Positions 18,924-28,125 are shown, numbered from the stretch's first letter. The stretch is DNA of 32,000 bases from Enterobacteriaceae endosymbiont of Donacia provostii (GCF_012570145.1 NZ_CP046206.1:92324-124323), one strand, 5' to 3'. Numbers and translations: made by a program. The notes: a model not told the origin generated them from the sequence alone.

Positions 18924-19645
18924 AAATTAGCCTCTTGAATAGTAAATTTTTTTTCTAAAAATGCTCTCCCTATAATAACATCTTTTACTCCAATTTTTTT
19001 TAAATTGATAATATCCTTTAAAGATGAAATACCTCCTGATGCTTGTAAAAATATTTCAGGATATTTTTTTATAATTTCATTATATAAACTTATATTTGGT
19101 CCTAAAAAAGTTCCATCTTTAGAAATATCAGTACATAAAATATTTTTAAAACCTAAATGTAAAAATTTTTCTATAATATCTTCAAAAATTATATTACTTT
19201 TATTTTGCCATCCATTAATAAAAATAATTTTATTATTATTTTTATCATATTTTATATCTAAAGCTAAAATAATAGATAATGGATTATATTTTTTTAATAA
19301 TTGTTTTATATATTCAAAATTTTGTATTATGATAGAACCTAATATAATTTGAGAATTAGGAATTAAATTAAAAATAAAATCTATATCTTTATTAGATCTT
19401 ATACCCCCCCCAATTTGTATTGAAGGTAAATTATATTTAAAAATTTTTTTTAATAAAATTAATTGTTTTTTATTAGGATTTTTTGCACCATCTAAATCTA
19501 TAAGATGAATTTTTTTAGCATTTTCTTTAATGCATTTCTTTATATAAGATAAAGGATCATATATATATTCACGTTTTAAATTAAATTTACCTTGATGTAA
19601 TCTAACTACTTTACCTTTTATTAAATCAATTGCTGGAATAATCAT
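18905..19645 (-). CDS. hisA: ProFAR isomerase HisA
   Basis: 246 aa. [19 protein letters not shown] matches E. coli MIIPALDLIDGTVVRLHQG. The gene overlaps hisF by 19 nt. Confidence 0.96.
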   Translation of the reverse strand: MIIPAIDLIKGKVVRLHQGKFNLKREYIYDPLSYIKKCIKENAKKIHLIDLDGAKNPNKKQLILLKKIFKYNLPSIQIGGGIRSNKDIDFIFNLIPNSQIILGSIIIQNFEYIKQLLKKYNPLSIILALDIKYDKNNNKIIFINGWQNKSNIIFEDIIEKFLHLGFKNILCTDISKDGTFLGPNISLYNEIIKKYPEIFLQASGGISSLKDIINLKKIGVKDVIIGRAFLEKKFTIQEANLCWQKE

Positions 19646-19655
19646 ATTTATTATT

Positions 19656-20246
19656 TCACATTTTTAAAAAATTTTTAATTAATTGAATACCATTAATTCC
19701 TGATTTTTCGGGATGAAATTGTACACCAAAAAAATTTTTTTTTTGAACAACAGAACTAAAAATATTTTCATAAGTAGTAGTCGCTATTGTATAATTATTT
19801 ACACATATATTATAACTATGTGAAAAATAAAAATAAGAATTTTGATCAAGATTGTTAAATAATGGTGATTTAATAATACTATTAACTTTATTCCATCCCA
19901 TATGTGGAACTGGTGTATATTTATTATTTATTAAATTCACAGAATAATTCATAACTCCTAAAGTTGAAACACCTCCATTTTCTTCACTATATTTACCTAA
20001 TATTTGCATTCCTAAACATATTCCTAAAATATCTATTTTACAATTTTGTAGTAATGTGATTAAATTATCTTTTTTTAATTTTTTTATTATAGATTTAGCA
20101 GAACCTACCCCAGGTAAAAAAATTTTATTAGCATTTAAAATTAAATTTTTATTATTTGTAATTTTTGAATTAAATCCTATCTTTTTTATAGTAGATTTTA
20201 AGGAAAAAAAATTACCACAAGATGTATCTATAATAATAATTTTCAA
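19656..20246 (-). CDS. hisH: Imidazole glycerol phosphate synthase glutamine amidotransferase subunit HisH
   Basis: 196 aa with the catalytic Cys context GICLGMQ and FHPEKS. The start codon read from the sequence is TTG (reverse complement of 20244-20246), overlapping the hisB TGA stop (TTGA). Confidence 0.94.
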   Translation of the reverse strand: MKIIIIDTSCGNFFSLKSTIKKIGFNSKITNNKNLILNANKIFLPGVGSAKSIIKKLKKDNLITLLQNCKIDILGICLGMQILGKYSEENGGVSTLGVMNYSVNLINNKYTPVPHMGWNKVNSIIKSPLFNNLDQNSYFYFSHSYNICVNNYTIATTTYENIFSSVVQKKNFFGVQFHPEKSGINGIQLIKNFLKM

Positions 20247-21310
20247 ACTAATACTCCTTTTGTACTAGGAATAATATTATGTTCAATTTTTATTGCCTGT
20301 TTTAATGAACAAGCAAATGCTTTAAATAAACTTTCAATTTTATGATGATCATTTTCTCCAGTTACTTTTAAATATATATTACATGACATAGAATATGATA
20401 AAGAATAAAAAAAATGTTTAACCATTTCAGTACTCAAATCTCCAATTTTTTGATATTTAAATTGAACATCATATTGTAAATATGGTCTTCCAGATAAATC
20501 TAAAGAACATTGAGCTAATGATTCATCCATTGGTAATAAAAAACCAAATCTATTAATACCTTTTTTATTACCAATAGCTTTAGAAAATGCCTTCCCTAAA
20601 GTAATTGCAATATCTTCTATTGTATGATGATCATCAATAAATAAATCTCCTTTACTATCAATATTTAAAATAAAACCCCCATGTATAGCTATTTGTTCTA
20701 TCATATGATTTAAAAAATTAATTCCAGTATTAATTTTACTTTTACCAATTTTATCTAAAAATAATTCTATATATATTATTGTTTCTTTTGTTATTTTTCT
20801 TATTATAGCATATCTTTTTACTGGTGTTAATTTCTCTAAAATATCTAACCAATGACAAGTTTTTTTATTATATAAAATGCCTTTAATACCAATATTATTA
20901 GCTAATTGTATATCAGTTAATCGATCTCCTATAACATAACTATTCTGTTTATCTAAAGAATTATTTATATATTGTTTTAACATTGTTATATTAGGTTTTC
21001 TACACATACATTCTTCATAAGAAAAATGTGGACAAATAAAAATATTTTCAAATTTAATATTTTGTGATTTGAATATATTAAGCATAAAATTATGAGGAAT
21101 TTTAAAAGATTCATAAGGAAATTTTTTTGTACCTAAACCATCTTGATTTGTTATCATAACAAATGAATAAGAAAGTTTTTTTAATTCTAATAAAGTAAAA
21201 ATAACATTTTTTTCAAAAAATAATTTACTAATATGATCAATTTGATAATTATTTTTAGGTTCAGATATTAAAGTACCATCCCTATCTATAAAAAGTATTT
21301 TTTTTAACAT
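20243..21310 (-). CDS. hisB: Bifunctional histidinol-phosphatase / imidazoleglycerol-phosphate dehydratase HisB
   Basis: 355 aa with an N-terminal HAD phosphatase domain (FIDRDGTLI) and a C-terminal IGPD domain (DDHHTIEDIAI, GENDHHKIESLFKA). Confidence 0.96.
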   Translation of the reverse strand: MLKKILFIDRDGTLISEPKNNYQIDHISKLFFEKNVIFTLLELKKLSYSFVMITNQDGLGTKKFPYESFKIPHNFMLNIFKSQNIKFENIFICPHFSYEECMCRKPNITMLKQYINNSLDKQNSYVIGDRLTDIQLANNIGIKGILYNKKTCHWLDILEKLTPVKRYAIIRKITKETIIYIELFLDKIGKSKINTGINFLNHMIEQIAIHGGFILNIDSKGDLFIDDHHTIEDIAITLGKAFSKAIGNKKGINRFGFLLPMDESLAQCSLDLSGRPYLQYDVQFKYQKIGDLSTEMVKHFFYSLSYSMSCNIYLKVTGENDHHKIESLFKAFACSLKQAIKIEHNIIPSTKGVLV

Positions 21311-21328
21311 AAATGTTTTCTTATAAAA

Positions 21329-22384
21329 TTAATTAAGATATTTTTGTAATGTAAAAAATATTTTTTTACATTCATCAAATGTTCCTATTGTAATTCTTAA
21401 ACAATTTTTTAATAATTTTTCATGGTTTTGATCTCTTACAATTATATTATTTTTATTTAAAGTATTAAAAATAATATTTGAATCATAAAATTTTACTAAT
21501 ATAAAATTAGTTTTACTTTTAAAAATATATTTTATAAATTTTAAATTATTTAATTTATTTATTAACCATTTTTTATTATGTATTATTTTATTAACATTAT
21601 TTTTCATAATAATTAAATTTTTTTTATTTAAAGATTGTAATGCTATATCTAAAACTGGTATAGATATAGGATATGGAGCTATAACTTTACATAATATTTT
21701 TATTATGTATTTATTTGTTAAAATAAAACCACAACGTAAACCTGCTAATCCAAATGCTTTTGATAAAGTTCTTAATATAATTAAATTTTCATATTTATTA
21801 ATTAAATTAATCATAGTTTGATCTATACAAAATTCAATATATGCTTCATCAATAACAATTATTATTTTATTTTTTATTAATTTAAATAATTTTATTATTT
21901 TATTTTTATCAAAAATATTTCCTGTAGGATTGTTAGGATTACAAAAATAAATAATTTTAATATTACTAAGATTTTTTTGAATATTTTCAAAATCTATTTC
22001 CCAAGTATTTTTTTTACTAGAAATAATTAAATATTTAATATTTAATATATTAGCTGTAACACGATACATATCATATGTTGGAGAACAAAATAAAATTTGA
22101 TCGTCTTTTTGATTACAAAATGTTCTCATAACTATATCAATACCTTCATCTGCACCCCTAGTAATTAAAATATTTTCATTATTTAAATTAGTATATTTAC
22201 TATAAGCATTAAGTAATGTTTTGGGTTGTTGTTCAGGATATCTATTTAATATTTTATTAGTAGAAAATAATGAAATAATAGGTGATTCATTCGCATTTAA
22301 TAAAATTTTATTATTAATATTCTCCTTATATAATAATCTTGCTGATTGATATGGAATTAAATTTAGAATATTTTTTTTTATCAT
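21329..22384 (-). CDS. hisC: Alternative reading of the fusion: histidinol-phosphate aminotransferase HisC initiated independently at the internal ATG
   Basis: The ATG at 22382-22384 (minus strand) precedes IKKNILNLIPYQSARLL, which aligns to E. coli HisC residues ~9-28. No Shine-Dalgarno-like purine/G motif lies upstream (AAAAATATTAATAAA), so independent initiation is uncertain. Confidence 0.4.
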   Translation of the reverse strand: MIKKNILNLIPYQSARLLYKENINNKILLNANESPIISLFSTNKILNRYPEQQPKTLLNAYSKYTNLNNENILITRGADEGIDIVMRTFCNQKDDQILFCSPTYDMYRVTANILNIKYLIISSKKNTWEIDFENIQKNLSNIKIIYFCNPNNPTGNIFDKNKIIKLFKLIKNKIIIVIDEAYIEFCIDQTMINLINKYENLIILRTLSKAFGLAGLRCGFILTNKYIIKILCKVIAPYPISIPVLDIALQSLNKKNLIIMKNNVNKIIHNKKWLINKLNNLKFIKYIFKSKTNFILVKFYDSNIIFNTLNKNNIIVRDQNHEKLLKNCLRITIGTFDECKKIFFTLQKYLN

Positions 22385-23716
22385 TTTATTAATATTTTTA
22401 ATTTTTTGTTTTTGTTTATTTATAAATTTTTTTCTTATTGTTATAGAATTACTATGACCTAATAATTTTTCTGTTTTTGCCATAATTTCTACTGTAGAAG
22501 AAATATTTAATAAACCATTCTGTGTTAGTTTCTGTACATATATTTTTTTTTGAAAATCAGAAATACTTAAGCAAGAATAAGTAGAAGCATAGCCATAAGT
22601 TGGTAAAACATGATTAGTTCCAGAAGCATAATCTCCTACTGATTCAGGAGTCCAATTACCTAAAAAAATAGAACCTGCATTATTAATATTAGATAAAATA
22701 TATTTATAATTTTTACATTGAATAATTAAATGTTCAGGTGCATACATATTTGCTATATTAATACATTCATCAATATTATCTACTACTATAATATGACTAT
22801 TATTAAGAGATTTTAATATAATATTTTTTTTAGGTAATTTTTCTAATTGTTTAGAAATATTTTTTTGAACTAATTTAGCAATTTTTTCTTCAGTAGTTAT
22901 TAAAAATACTTGTGAATCAGAACCATGCTCTGCTTGTGATAATAAATCTGATATAATAAATTCATAATTTGATAATTCATCTGCAATAATCATTAATTCT
23001 GACGGCCCAGCAGGCATATCTATAGAAGTTTTACTTGATAAAATATTATTAATTTGTCTTTTTGCTTCTGTAACATAAACATTTCCAGGACCAAAAATTT
23101 TATCTACTTTATTAATAGATTTTGTACCAAAAGCCATAGCTGCTATAGCATGAGCACCTCCTATTTGAAATATATTTTTTATGTTACATAAGTTAGCAGC
23201 AAATAAAATTTCATTAGAAATTGGAGCTGGGGAACATAAAATAATATTTGGACATAATGCTATTTGTGCAGGAATACCTAACATTAATACTGTAGAAAAT
23301 AAAGAAGATGTTCCTCCAGGAATATACAATCCTATTTTAGATATAGGACGAAATATTTGACTACAAAATATTCCTGGAATTATTTCAATAATTTTTTTTT
23401 TTATAATTTGAGATTTATGAAATTTATAAATATTACTATATGCATTTTTTATAGCATTTTTGATATCACAGTTTATATTAAACTGTGAATTAGATATTTT
23501 TTCTTTACTAATTTGTAAATTATCAATGTTTATTTTATCAAATAACAAACTATATTTTTTTAAAGAACTATCACCATTTTTTTTAACATTTTTTAAAATA
23601 TTTTTTACACTATTTTTAATAATTTTGTCCGTTAAAAATATTGGTCTAGATAAAATTTTTTTTTTATGATCTTTATTACAATTATTCCAATAAATAATAT
23701 TATTTATAATATTCAT
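21329..23716 (-). CDS. hisD: Single open reading frame fusing histidinol dehydrogenase (HisD, N-terminal ~444 codons) to histidinol-phosphate aminotransferase (HisC, C-terminal ~351 codons)
   Basis: The 795-codon frame has no stop between the HisD C-terminal region (...EKLLGHSNSITIRKKFINKQKQKIKNINK) and the HisC N-terminal region (MIKKNILNLIPYQSARLL...NANESP). I re-translated the junction by hand from 22382..22500. HisD motifs are QAEHG and GDYASGTNHVLPT. The HisC PLP region is TLSKAFGLAGLRCG. Confidence 0.85.
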   Translation of the reverse strand: MNIINNIIYWNNCNKDHKKKILSRPIFLTDKIIKNSVKNILKNVKKNGDSSLKKYSLLFDKINIDNLQISKEKISNSQFNINCDIKNAIKNAYSNIYKFHKSQIIKKKIIEIIPGIFCSQIFRPISKIGLYIPGGTSSLFSTVLMLGIPAQIALCPNIILCSPAPISNEILFAANLCNIKNIFQIGGAHAIAAMAFGTKSINKVDKIFGPGNVYVTEAKRQINNILSSKTSIDMPAGPSELMIIADELSNYEFIISDLLSQAEHGSDSQVFLITTEEKIAKLVQKNISKQLEKLPKKNIILKSLNNSHIIVVDNIDECINIANMYAPEHLIIQCKNYKYILSNINNAGSIFLGNWTPESVGDYASGTNHVLPTYGYASTYSCLSISDFQKKIYVQKLTQNGLLNISSTVEIMAKTEKLLGHSNSITIRKKFINKQKQKIKNINKMIKKNILNLIPYQSARLLYKENINNKILLNANESPIISLFSTNKILNRYPEQQPKTLLNAYSKYTNLNNENILITRGADEGIDIVMRTFCNQKDDQILFCSPTYDMYRVTANILNIKYLIISSKKNTWEIDFENIQKNLSNIKIIYFCNPNNPTGNIFDKNKIIKLFKLIKNKIIIVIDEAYIEFCIDQTMINLINKYENLIILRTLSKAFGLAGLRCGFILTNKYIIKILCKVIAPYPISIPVLDIALQSLNKKNLIIMKNNVNKIIHNKKWLINKLNNLKFIKYIFKSKTNFILVKFYDSNIIFNTLNKNNIIVRDQNHEKLLKNCLRITIGTFDECKKIFFTLQKYLN

Positions 23717-23721
23717 TATTA

Positions 23722-24621
23722 TTACTCCATAATTTTTTCAATAGGTAAAACTAAAATAGAACTAGCTCCTAATAATTTTAATTTTTCTATTCTTTCCCAA
23801 AATAATATCTCGTTACAAACTATATGTAATGAAACTTTTTCTGTTTCTCCTATTAAAGGTAAAATAGTAGGACTATGTATATATGGTAATAATGTAAAAA
23901 CTTGTTTTAACTTTTTACTTGAAATATGTAAAGTAATATATTTTGATACTTTTGCTTGTATAACTCCCTTAATTCTTTTTAATAATTTATTTATGATTGT
24001 TTGTTTGAAAATTGAAATTTTATCATAACGTTGTACTAAACATGCTTGGGAATTATATATAACTTCTACTTCTTTAATACCATTAGCTTCTAATGTTGCT
24101 CCTGTAGAGACTAAATCACAAATAGCATCAGATAAACCTACTCTTGGTGCTAATTCTACTGAACCATTTAACATACAAGATTTAAATTTAATATTATATT
24201 GATCAAGATATTTTTTTAATAAATTAGGATAAGATGTTGCAATACAAGTATTTTGTAAAGAATTCAATCCTAAATAATCTTTATTTATAGGTATTGCTAT
24301 AGATAATCTACATAAACCAAAATCTAATTTACGTAATATTATATATTTTGCATTATAACCTTTAGATAATCTATTTAACACTTCTTCTTCTAAAACATTT
24401 TTTCCTATAATACCTAAATCTACAACTCCTTCCATAATTAAACCAGGAATATCATCATCTCGTACTCTCAAAATATCTATTGGCATATTTTTTACAAAAG
24501 ATATTAATCGTTGTTGTTTTAAATTAACTTTAAGACCACAACTTTTTAAAAGTTTACTAGTTTCATTACTTAAACGACCAGATTTTTGTATAGCTATACG
24601 TAAACGATTGTGATCTAACAT
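23722..24621 (-). CDS. hisG: ATP phosphoribosyltransferase, long form (HisG-L)
   Basis: 299 aa. [26 protein letters not shown]-like ([16 protein letters not shown]), and a C-terminal regulatory domain is present. It is the first gene of the his operon. Confidence 0.95.
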   Translation of the reverse strand: MLDHNRLRIAIQKSGRLSNETSKLLKSCGLKVNLKQQRLISFVKNMPIDILRVRDDDIPGLIMEGVVDLGIIGKNVLEEEVLNRLSKGYNAKYIILRKLDFGLCRLSIAIPINKDYLGLNSLQNTCIATSYPNLLKKYLDQYNIKFKSCMLNGSVELAPRVGLSDAICDLVSTGATLEANGIKEVEVIYNSQACLVQRYDKISIFKQTIINKLLKRIKGVIQAKVSKYITLHISSKKLKQVFTLLPYIHSPTILPLIGETEKVSLHIVCNEILFWERIEKLKLLGASSILVLPIEKIME

Positions 24622-24766
24622 ACTAAATACCTTTATAAAAATATTTAAATTTCAAACATAAATTTAATTTAAAAATGAATTTGTTAATTTTAACTTAAAG
24701 AAGTTATATTAAAATAACAACTATTTTTTATATTTTTATAGATAAATATTAAAAATATTTAAATTT

Positions 24767-25231
24767 TTATTTATTTATGTATCCTAAATCTTTATTTATA
24801 GGATTATTAGCTGAAATTCTAGCTAATTTATCACATTTTTCATTTAAATAATGGGATGAATGACTTTTTATCCATTTCCACACAACATTATGGTTAACTA
24901 AAGATAATTCTAATCTTTTCCATAAATCAATATTTTTAACTTTTTTTTTATTATTACGTTTCCAATTAGTTTTTTTCCAGTTATATATCCATGTTGTAAT
25001 TCCTTCTTTTAAATAATTACTATCAGTAGTAATTATAATATTACAATTTTCTTTTAAAGATTCTAATGCAATAATAGAAGCCATTAATTCCATTCTATTA
25101 TTAGTTGTTAAAAAAAAACTATTAGTTACAATTTTTTCATATTTATGATATTGTAAAATAGCAGCGCATCCTCCTGGACCTGGATTATATATACATGAAC
25201 CATCTGTAAAAATTTTTATATTTTTATACAT
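24767..25231 (-). CDS. rnhA: Ribonuclease HI
   Basis: 154 aa. IFTDGSCIYNPGPGGCAAILQY matches E. coli [22 protein letters not shown]. It is divergent from dnaQ, as in E. coli. Confidence 0.96.
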   Translation of the reverse strand: MYKNIKIFTDGSCIYNPGPGGCAAILQYHKYEKIVTNSFFLTTNNRMELMASIIALESLKENCNIIITTDSNYLKEGITTWIYNWKKTNWKRNNKKKVKNIDLWKRLELSLVNHNVVWKWIKSHSSHYLNEKCDKLARISANNPINKDLGYINK

Positions 25232-25269
25232 ATTTTTTTTAAAAAATTTATATTATTTATATAACAAAT

Positions 25270-25992
25270 ATGAAAAAATTAAATATACGTCAAGTAGTTT
25301 TAGATACAGAAACTACAGGAATGAATACATTACCTCCATATTATTTAGGACATCGTATTATAGAAATAGGAATGATAGAAATAATTAATCGTAATATTAC
25401 AAAAAATTATTTTCATCAATATATAAATCCACAACAAATAATTAGTAAAGAAGCATTTGATATTCATGGTATTTCTAATAAATTTTTGTTTAAAAAACCA
25501 ATTTTTGCTGATATAGTACATGATTTTATAAATTACATTAAAGGATCAGAATTAATTATTCATAATGCACAATTTGATATTGATTTTTTAAATTATGAAT
25601 TATCATTATTAAAAAATAATTTACCTAAAATTGAAGATATTTGTATAATTAAAGATACTTTAAAAATAGCTAGAAATCTTTTTCCTGGAAAAAGAAATTC
25701 ATTAAATTCTTTATGTTCAAGATTTAATATAGATAAAAGCATGCGTAATCTACATGGTGCTTTAATAGATGCAAAATTATTAGCACATGTTTTTTTATAT
25801 ATGACTTCCAAACAAAGTCAATTTAAATTAGATTTATTAAATAAAAATAACAATACTAATAATAAATTAAATAATTTTTTCAAAACAAAAAAATCATTAA
25901 TTATTATAAAAGCTTCTCATAAAGAATTAAAACTACATAAATTAAAATTAAATTTAATTAAAAAGAAATGTGGTTTTATTTTGTGGAAATAA
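25270..25992 (+). CDS. dnaQ: DNA polymerase III epsilon subunit (3'-5' proofreading exonuclease)
   Basis: 240 aa with all three exonuclease motifs intact: Exo I VLDTETTGMN, Exo II IHNAQFDIDF, and Exo III-epsilon HGALIDAKLLAHVF. Confidence 0.96.
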   Translation: MKKLNIRQVVLDTETTGMNTLPPYYLGHRIIEIGMIEIINRNITKNYFHQYINPQQIISKEAFDIHGISNKFLFKKPIFADIVHDFINYIKGSELIIHNAQFDIDFLNYELSLLKNNLPKIEDICIIKDTLKIARNLFPGKRNSLNSLCSRFNIDKSMRNLHGALIDAKLLAHVFLYMTSKQSQFKLDLLNKNNNTNNKLNNFFKTKKSLIIIKASHKELKLHKLKLNLIKKKCGFILWK

Positions 25993-26038
25993 AAAAAATA
26001 TTGATAATAATATTATATTATATTATAATGTTAAACAT

Positions 26039-26112
26039 GGTGCGATAGTTCAGTTGGTTAGAATATCGGCTTGTCACGCCGAGGGTCGCGGGTTCAACTC
26101 CCGTTCGCACCG
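26039..26112 (+). tRNA. tRNA-Asp (anticodon GUC), no encoded 3' CCA
   Basis: Hand-folded: GGTGCGA/TCGCACC acceptor stem, TCGGC-TTGTCAC-GCCGA anticodon arm, and GCGGG-TTCAACT-CCCGT T-arm. Total length is 74 nt. It closely resembles E. coli tRNA-Asp and sits after dnaQ like aspV. Confidence 0.93.
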
Positions 26113-26148
26113 TATATTTAGGATTTTAGAATAAAAATATAAGAGATA

Positions 26149-26982
26149 TTAGTCGTTATTAATCCATAGAACACAAGATTTATTATATAATTCTAAATTA
26201 TTTTTAATAATATTTATTAAATCTGAACATATCTCTTTTTTATTCATAAAATCATGCATCCAAAAAAAAACACTTAAATTAATAGAACTATTAGTAATGC
26301 CATCTATAACAACATTAACAATAGAATTTTTTATTATTTTATCATTTAATGATATAGTATCTAATAAAATCTTTTTAATTGTATTTATATCATTTTGTAT
26401 TAATTCTCTTGAAAGACTTAAAGTAATTTTATTTCGATATTCACTTGATTTAGAAAAATTTACTATATTTTCTGTTAAAATTTTACCATTAGGGACTGAT
26501 ATAATACTTCCATCAAATGTTTTAAAAAGAGTACAAAAAATTTCGACATTAGTAATTTTACCAGTAACATTACCTATGTTAATATAATCTCCTACTTTAA
26601 AAATACGAAAAGTAATAATTAATAATCCTGACGCTAAATTTGCTAATGCACTTTGCCATGCTAAACCGATTACTAGTCCTATAGTTCCGAATGCGGCAAA
26701 AAGTGATGATGTTTGTAATCCAATACTACTTAAAGCACTAACTAAAACAAAAATAATTAAACTATATTTAAAAATATTTGTAAGAAATCCAGTAGTAATT
26801 GGATCTATATTTCTTATAGTAAATACATTTCTAATAGTTTTCGTACCGAATTTAACACCCCATAATCCAAAAAATAAAATCATACCTGCTAAAATAAAAT
26901 GTTCACATTGATATAAAATAAAAATTTTATTTTTAAATATCCAGATTTTTATAAAATCTAATACACTAGTAAATTTATTCAT
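26149..26982 (-). CDS. mscS: Small-conductance mechanosensitive channel MscS (YggB)
   Basis: 277 aa with three N-terminal transmembrane segments. The pore-helix region (AAFGTIGLVIGLAWQSALANLASGLLII) and the beta-domain (FKVGDYINIGNVTGKITNVEIF) are typical of MscS. Confidence 0.9.
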   Translation of the reverse strand: MNKFTSVLDFIKIWIFKNKIFILYQCEHFILAGMILFFGLWGVKFGTKTIRNVFTIRNIDPITTGFLTNIFKYSLIIFVLVSALSSIGLQTSSLFAAFGTIGLVIGLAWQSALANLASGLLIITFRIFKVGDYINIGNVTGKITNVEIFCTLFKTFDGSIISVPNGKILTENIVNFSKSSEYRNKITLSLSRELIQNDINTIKKILLDTISLNDKIIKNSIVNVVIDGITNSSINLSVFFWMHDFMNKKEICSDLINIIKNNLELYNKSCVLWINND

Positions 26983-27045
26983 ATTTTAATAATCCATTGT
27001 ATAAAATAATTTGTATTTTTTTTTATAAATTAAACAATTTATTTT

Positions 27046-28125
27046 TTATAATATATTAATTGCATTTAACTCTTTAAATGTTCTTTCTAATCGTTTTTTC
27101 ATAGAAATTTGTGATGCTCTAATCCATGATCTTGGATCATAGTATTTTTTATTAGGTTTGTTTAAACCTTCAGGATTACCTAATTGTTTTTGTAAATAAA
27201 GTTTATTTTTTTTATAAAAATTTAATACACCTTTCCATGTTGCCCATTGAGTATCTGTATCAATATTCATTTTAACAACACCATATTTAATAGATTCTCT
27301 AATTTCTTTTATTGAAGATCCAGAACCTCCATGGAATACAAAATTTATAGGGTTTTTGTTAAGATGATGTTTATTACTAATAAATTTCTGTGAGTTTTTT
27401 AAAATTTTAGGTAATAGTTGAACGTTACCTGTTTTATATACTCCATGTACGTTACCAAAAGAAGCAGCAATAATAAATTGTGAACTAATTAATTTTAATT
27501 TTTCATATGCATAATTTACATCATAAGGATCTGTATATAATAATCTTCTATTTAAATGACTATTATCAATACCATCTTCTTCTCCTCCTGTACATCCTAA
27601 TTCAATTTCTAATGTCATTTTCATTTTTGACATTCTTTTAAAGTAAGAACTACATATTTTAATATTATTTTCAATTGATTCTTTTGATAAATCTATCATA
27701 TGTGATGAAAATAAAGATTTTTTATGTCTTAAATAATATTTTTCATTTTCATCTAATAGATCATTAATCCAAAATAACTTATTTTTAGGACAATGATCAG
27801 TATGTAAAATTACTGGTATTCCATAATGTTTAGCAATGTTATGAACATGTTTAGCTCCAGAAATCGCACCTACTACTGAAGCTAATCTAGGATTAATAAT
27901 TTGTAATTTTTTCCCAGCAATAAAAGTAGATCCTGTATTTGAAAATTGAATAATTACTGGAGATTTCATTTTTACTGCAGTTTCTAAAACAGTATTAATA
28001 GAATCAGTACCTATACAGTTAATAGCTGGTATAGCAAAATTATTTTCTTTAGCTATTTTAAATATAGTTTGTACATCATAACCAACAACTACACCAGGTT
28101 TTACATAATTTAAAATTTTAGACAT
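27046..28125 (-). CDS. fbaA: Fructose-bisphosphate aldolase, class II
   Basis: 359 aa. MSKILNYVKPGVVVGYDVQTIFKIAKENNFAIPAINCIGTDSINTVLETA is near-identical in pattern to the E. coli FbaA N-terminus. Confidence 0.97.
   Translation of the reverse strand: MSKILNYVKPGVVVGYDVQTIFKIAKENNFAIPAINCIGTDSINTVLETAVKMKSPVIIQFSNTGSTFIAGKKLQIINPRLASVVGAISGAKHVHNIAKHYGIPVILHTDHCPKNKLFWINDLLDENEKYYLRHKKSLFSSHMIDLSKESIENNIKICSSYFKRMSKMKMTLEIELGCTGGEEDGIDNSHLNRRLLYTDPYDVNYAYEKLKLISSQFIIAASFGNVHGVYKTGNVQLLPKILKNSQKFISNKHHLNKNPINFVFHGGSGSSIKEIRESIKYGVVKMNIDTDTQWATWKGVLNFYKKNKLYLQKQLGNPEGLNKPNKKYYDPRSWIRASQISMKKRLERTFKELNAINIL

Noticed and set aside
19005-19352. 115-aa ORF on the plus strand, antisense to hisA
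   Set aside because: It is a shadow ORF. In a genome this A/T-rich, stop codons are depleted on the antisense strand of Lys/Asn/Ile-rich genes.
20056-20268. 70-aa ORF on the plus strand, antisense to hisH/hisB
   Set aside because: It is a shadow ORF with a Phe/Ile/Leu-rich translation typical of the antisense of poly-Lys/Asn coding sequence.
23460-24028. Two plus-strand ORFs (69 aa and 120 aa), antisense to hisD and hisG
   Set aside because: Both are shadow ORFs across the hisG/hisD junction. Both real genes are supported by full-length homology on the other strand.
25593-25811. 72-aa ORF on the minus strand, antisense to dnaQ
   Set aside because: It is a shadow ORF inside dnaQ, spanning the Exo III motif region on the opposite strand.
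26297-26587. 96-aa ORF on the plus strand, antisense to mscS
   Set aside because: It is a shadow ORF. mscS on the minus strand is full length and conserved.
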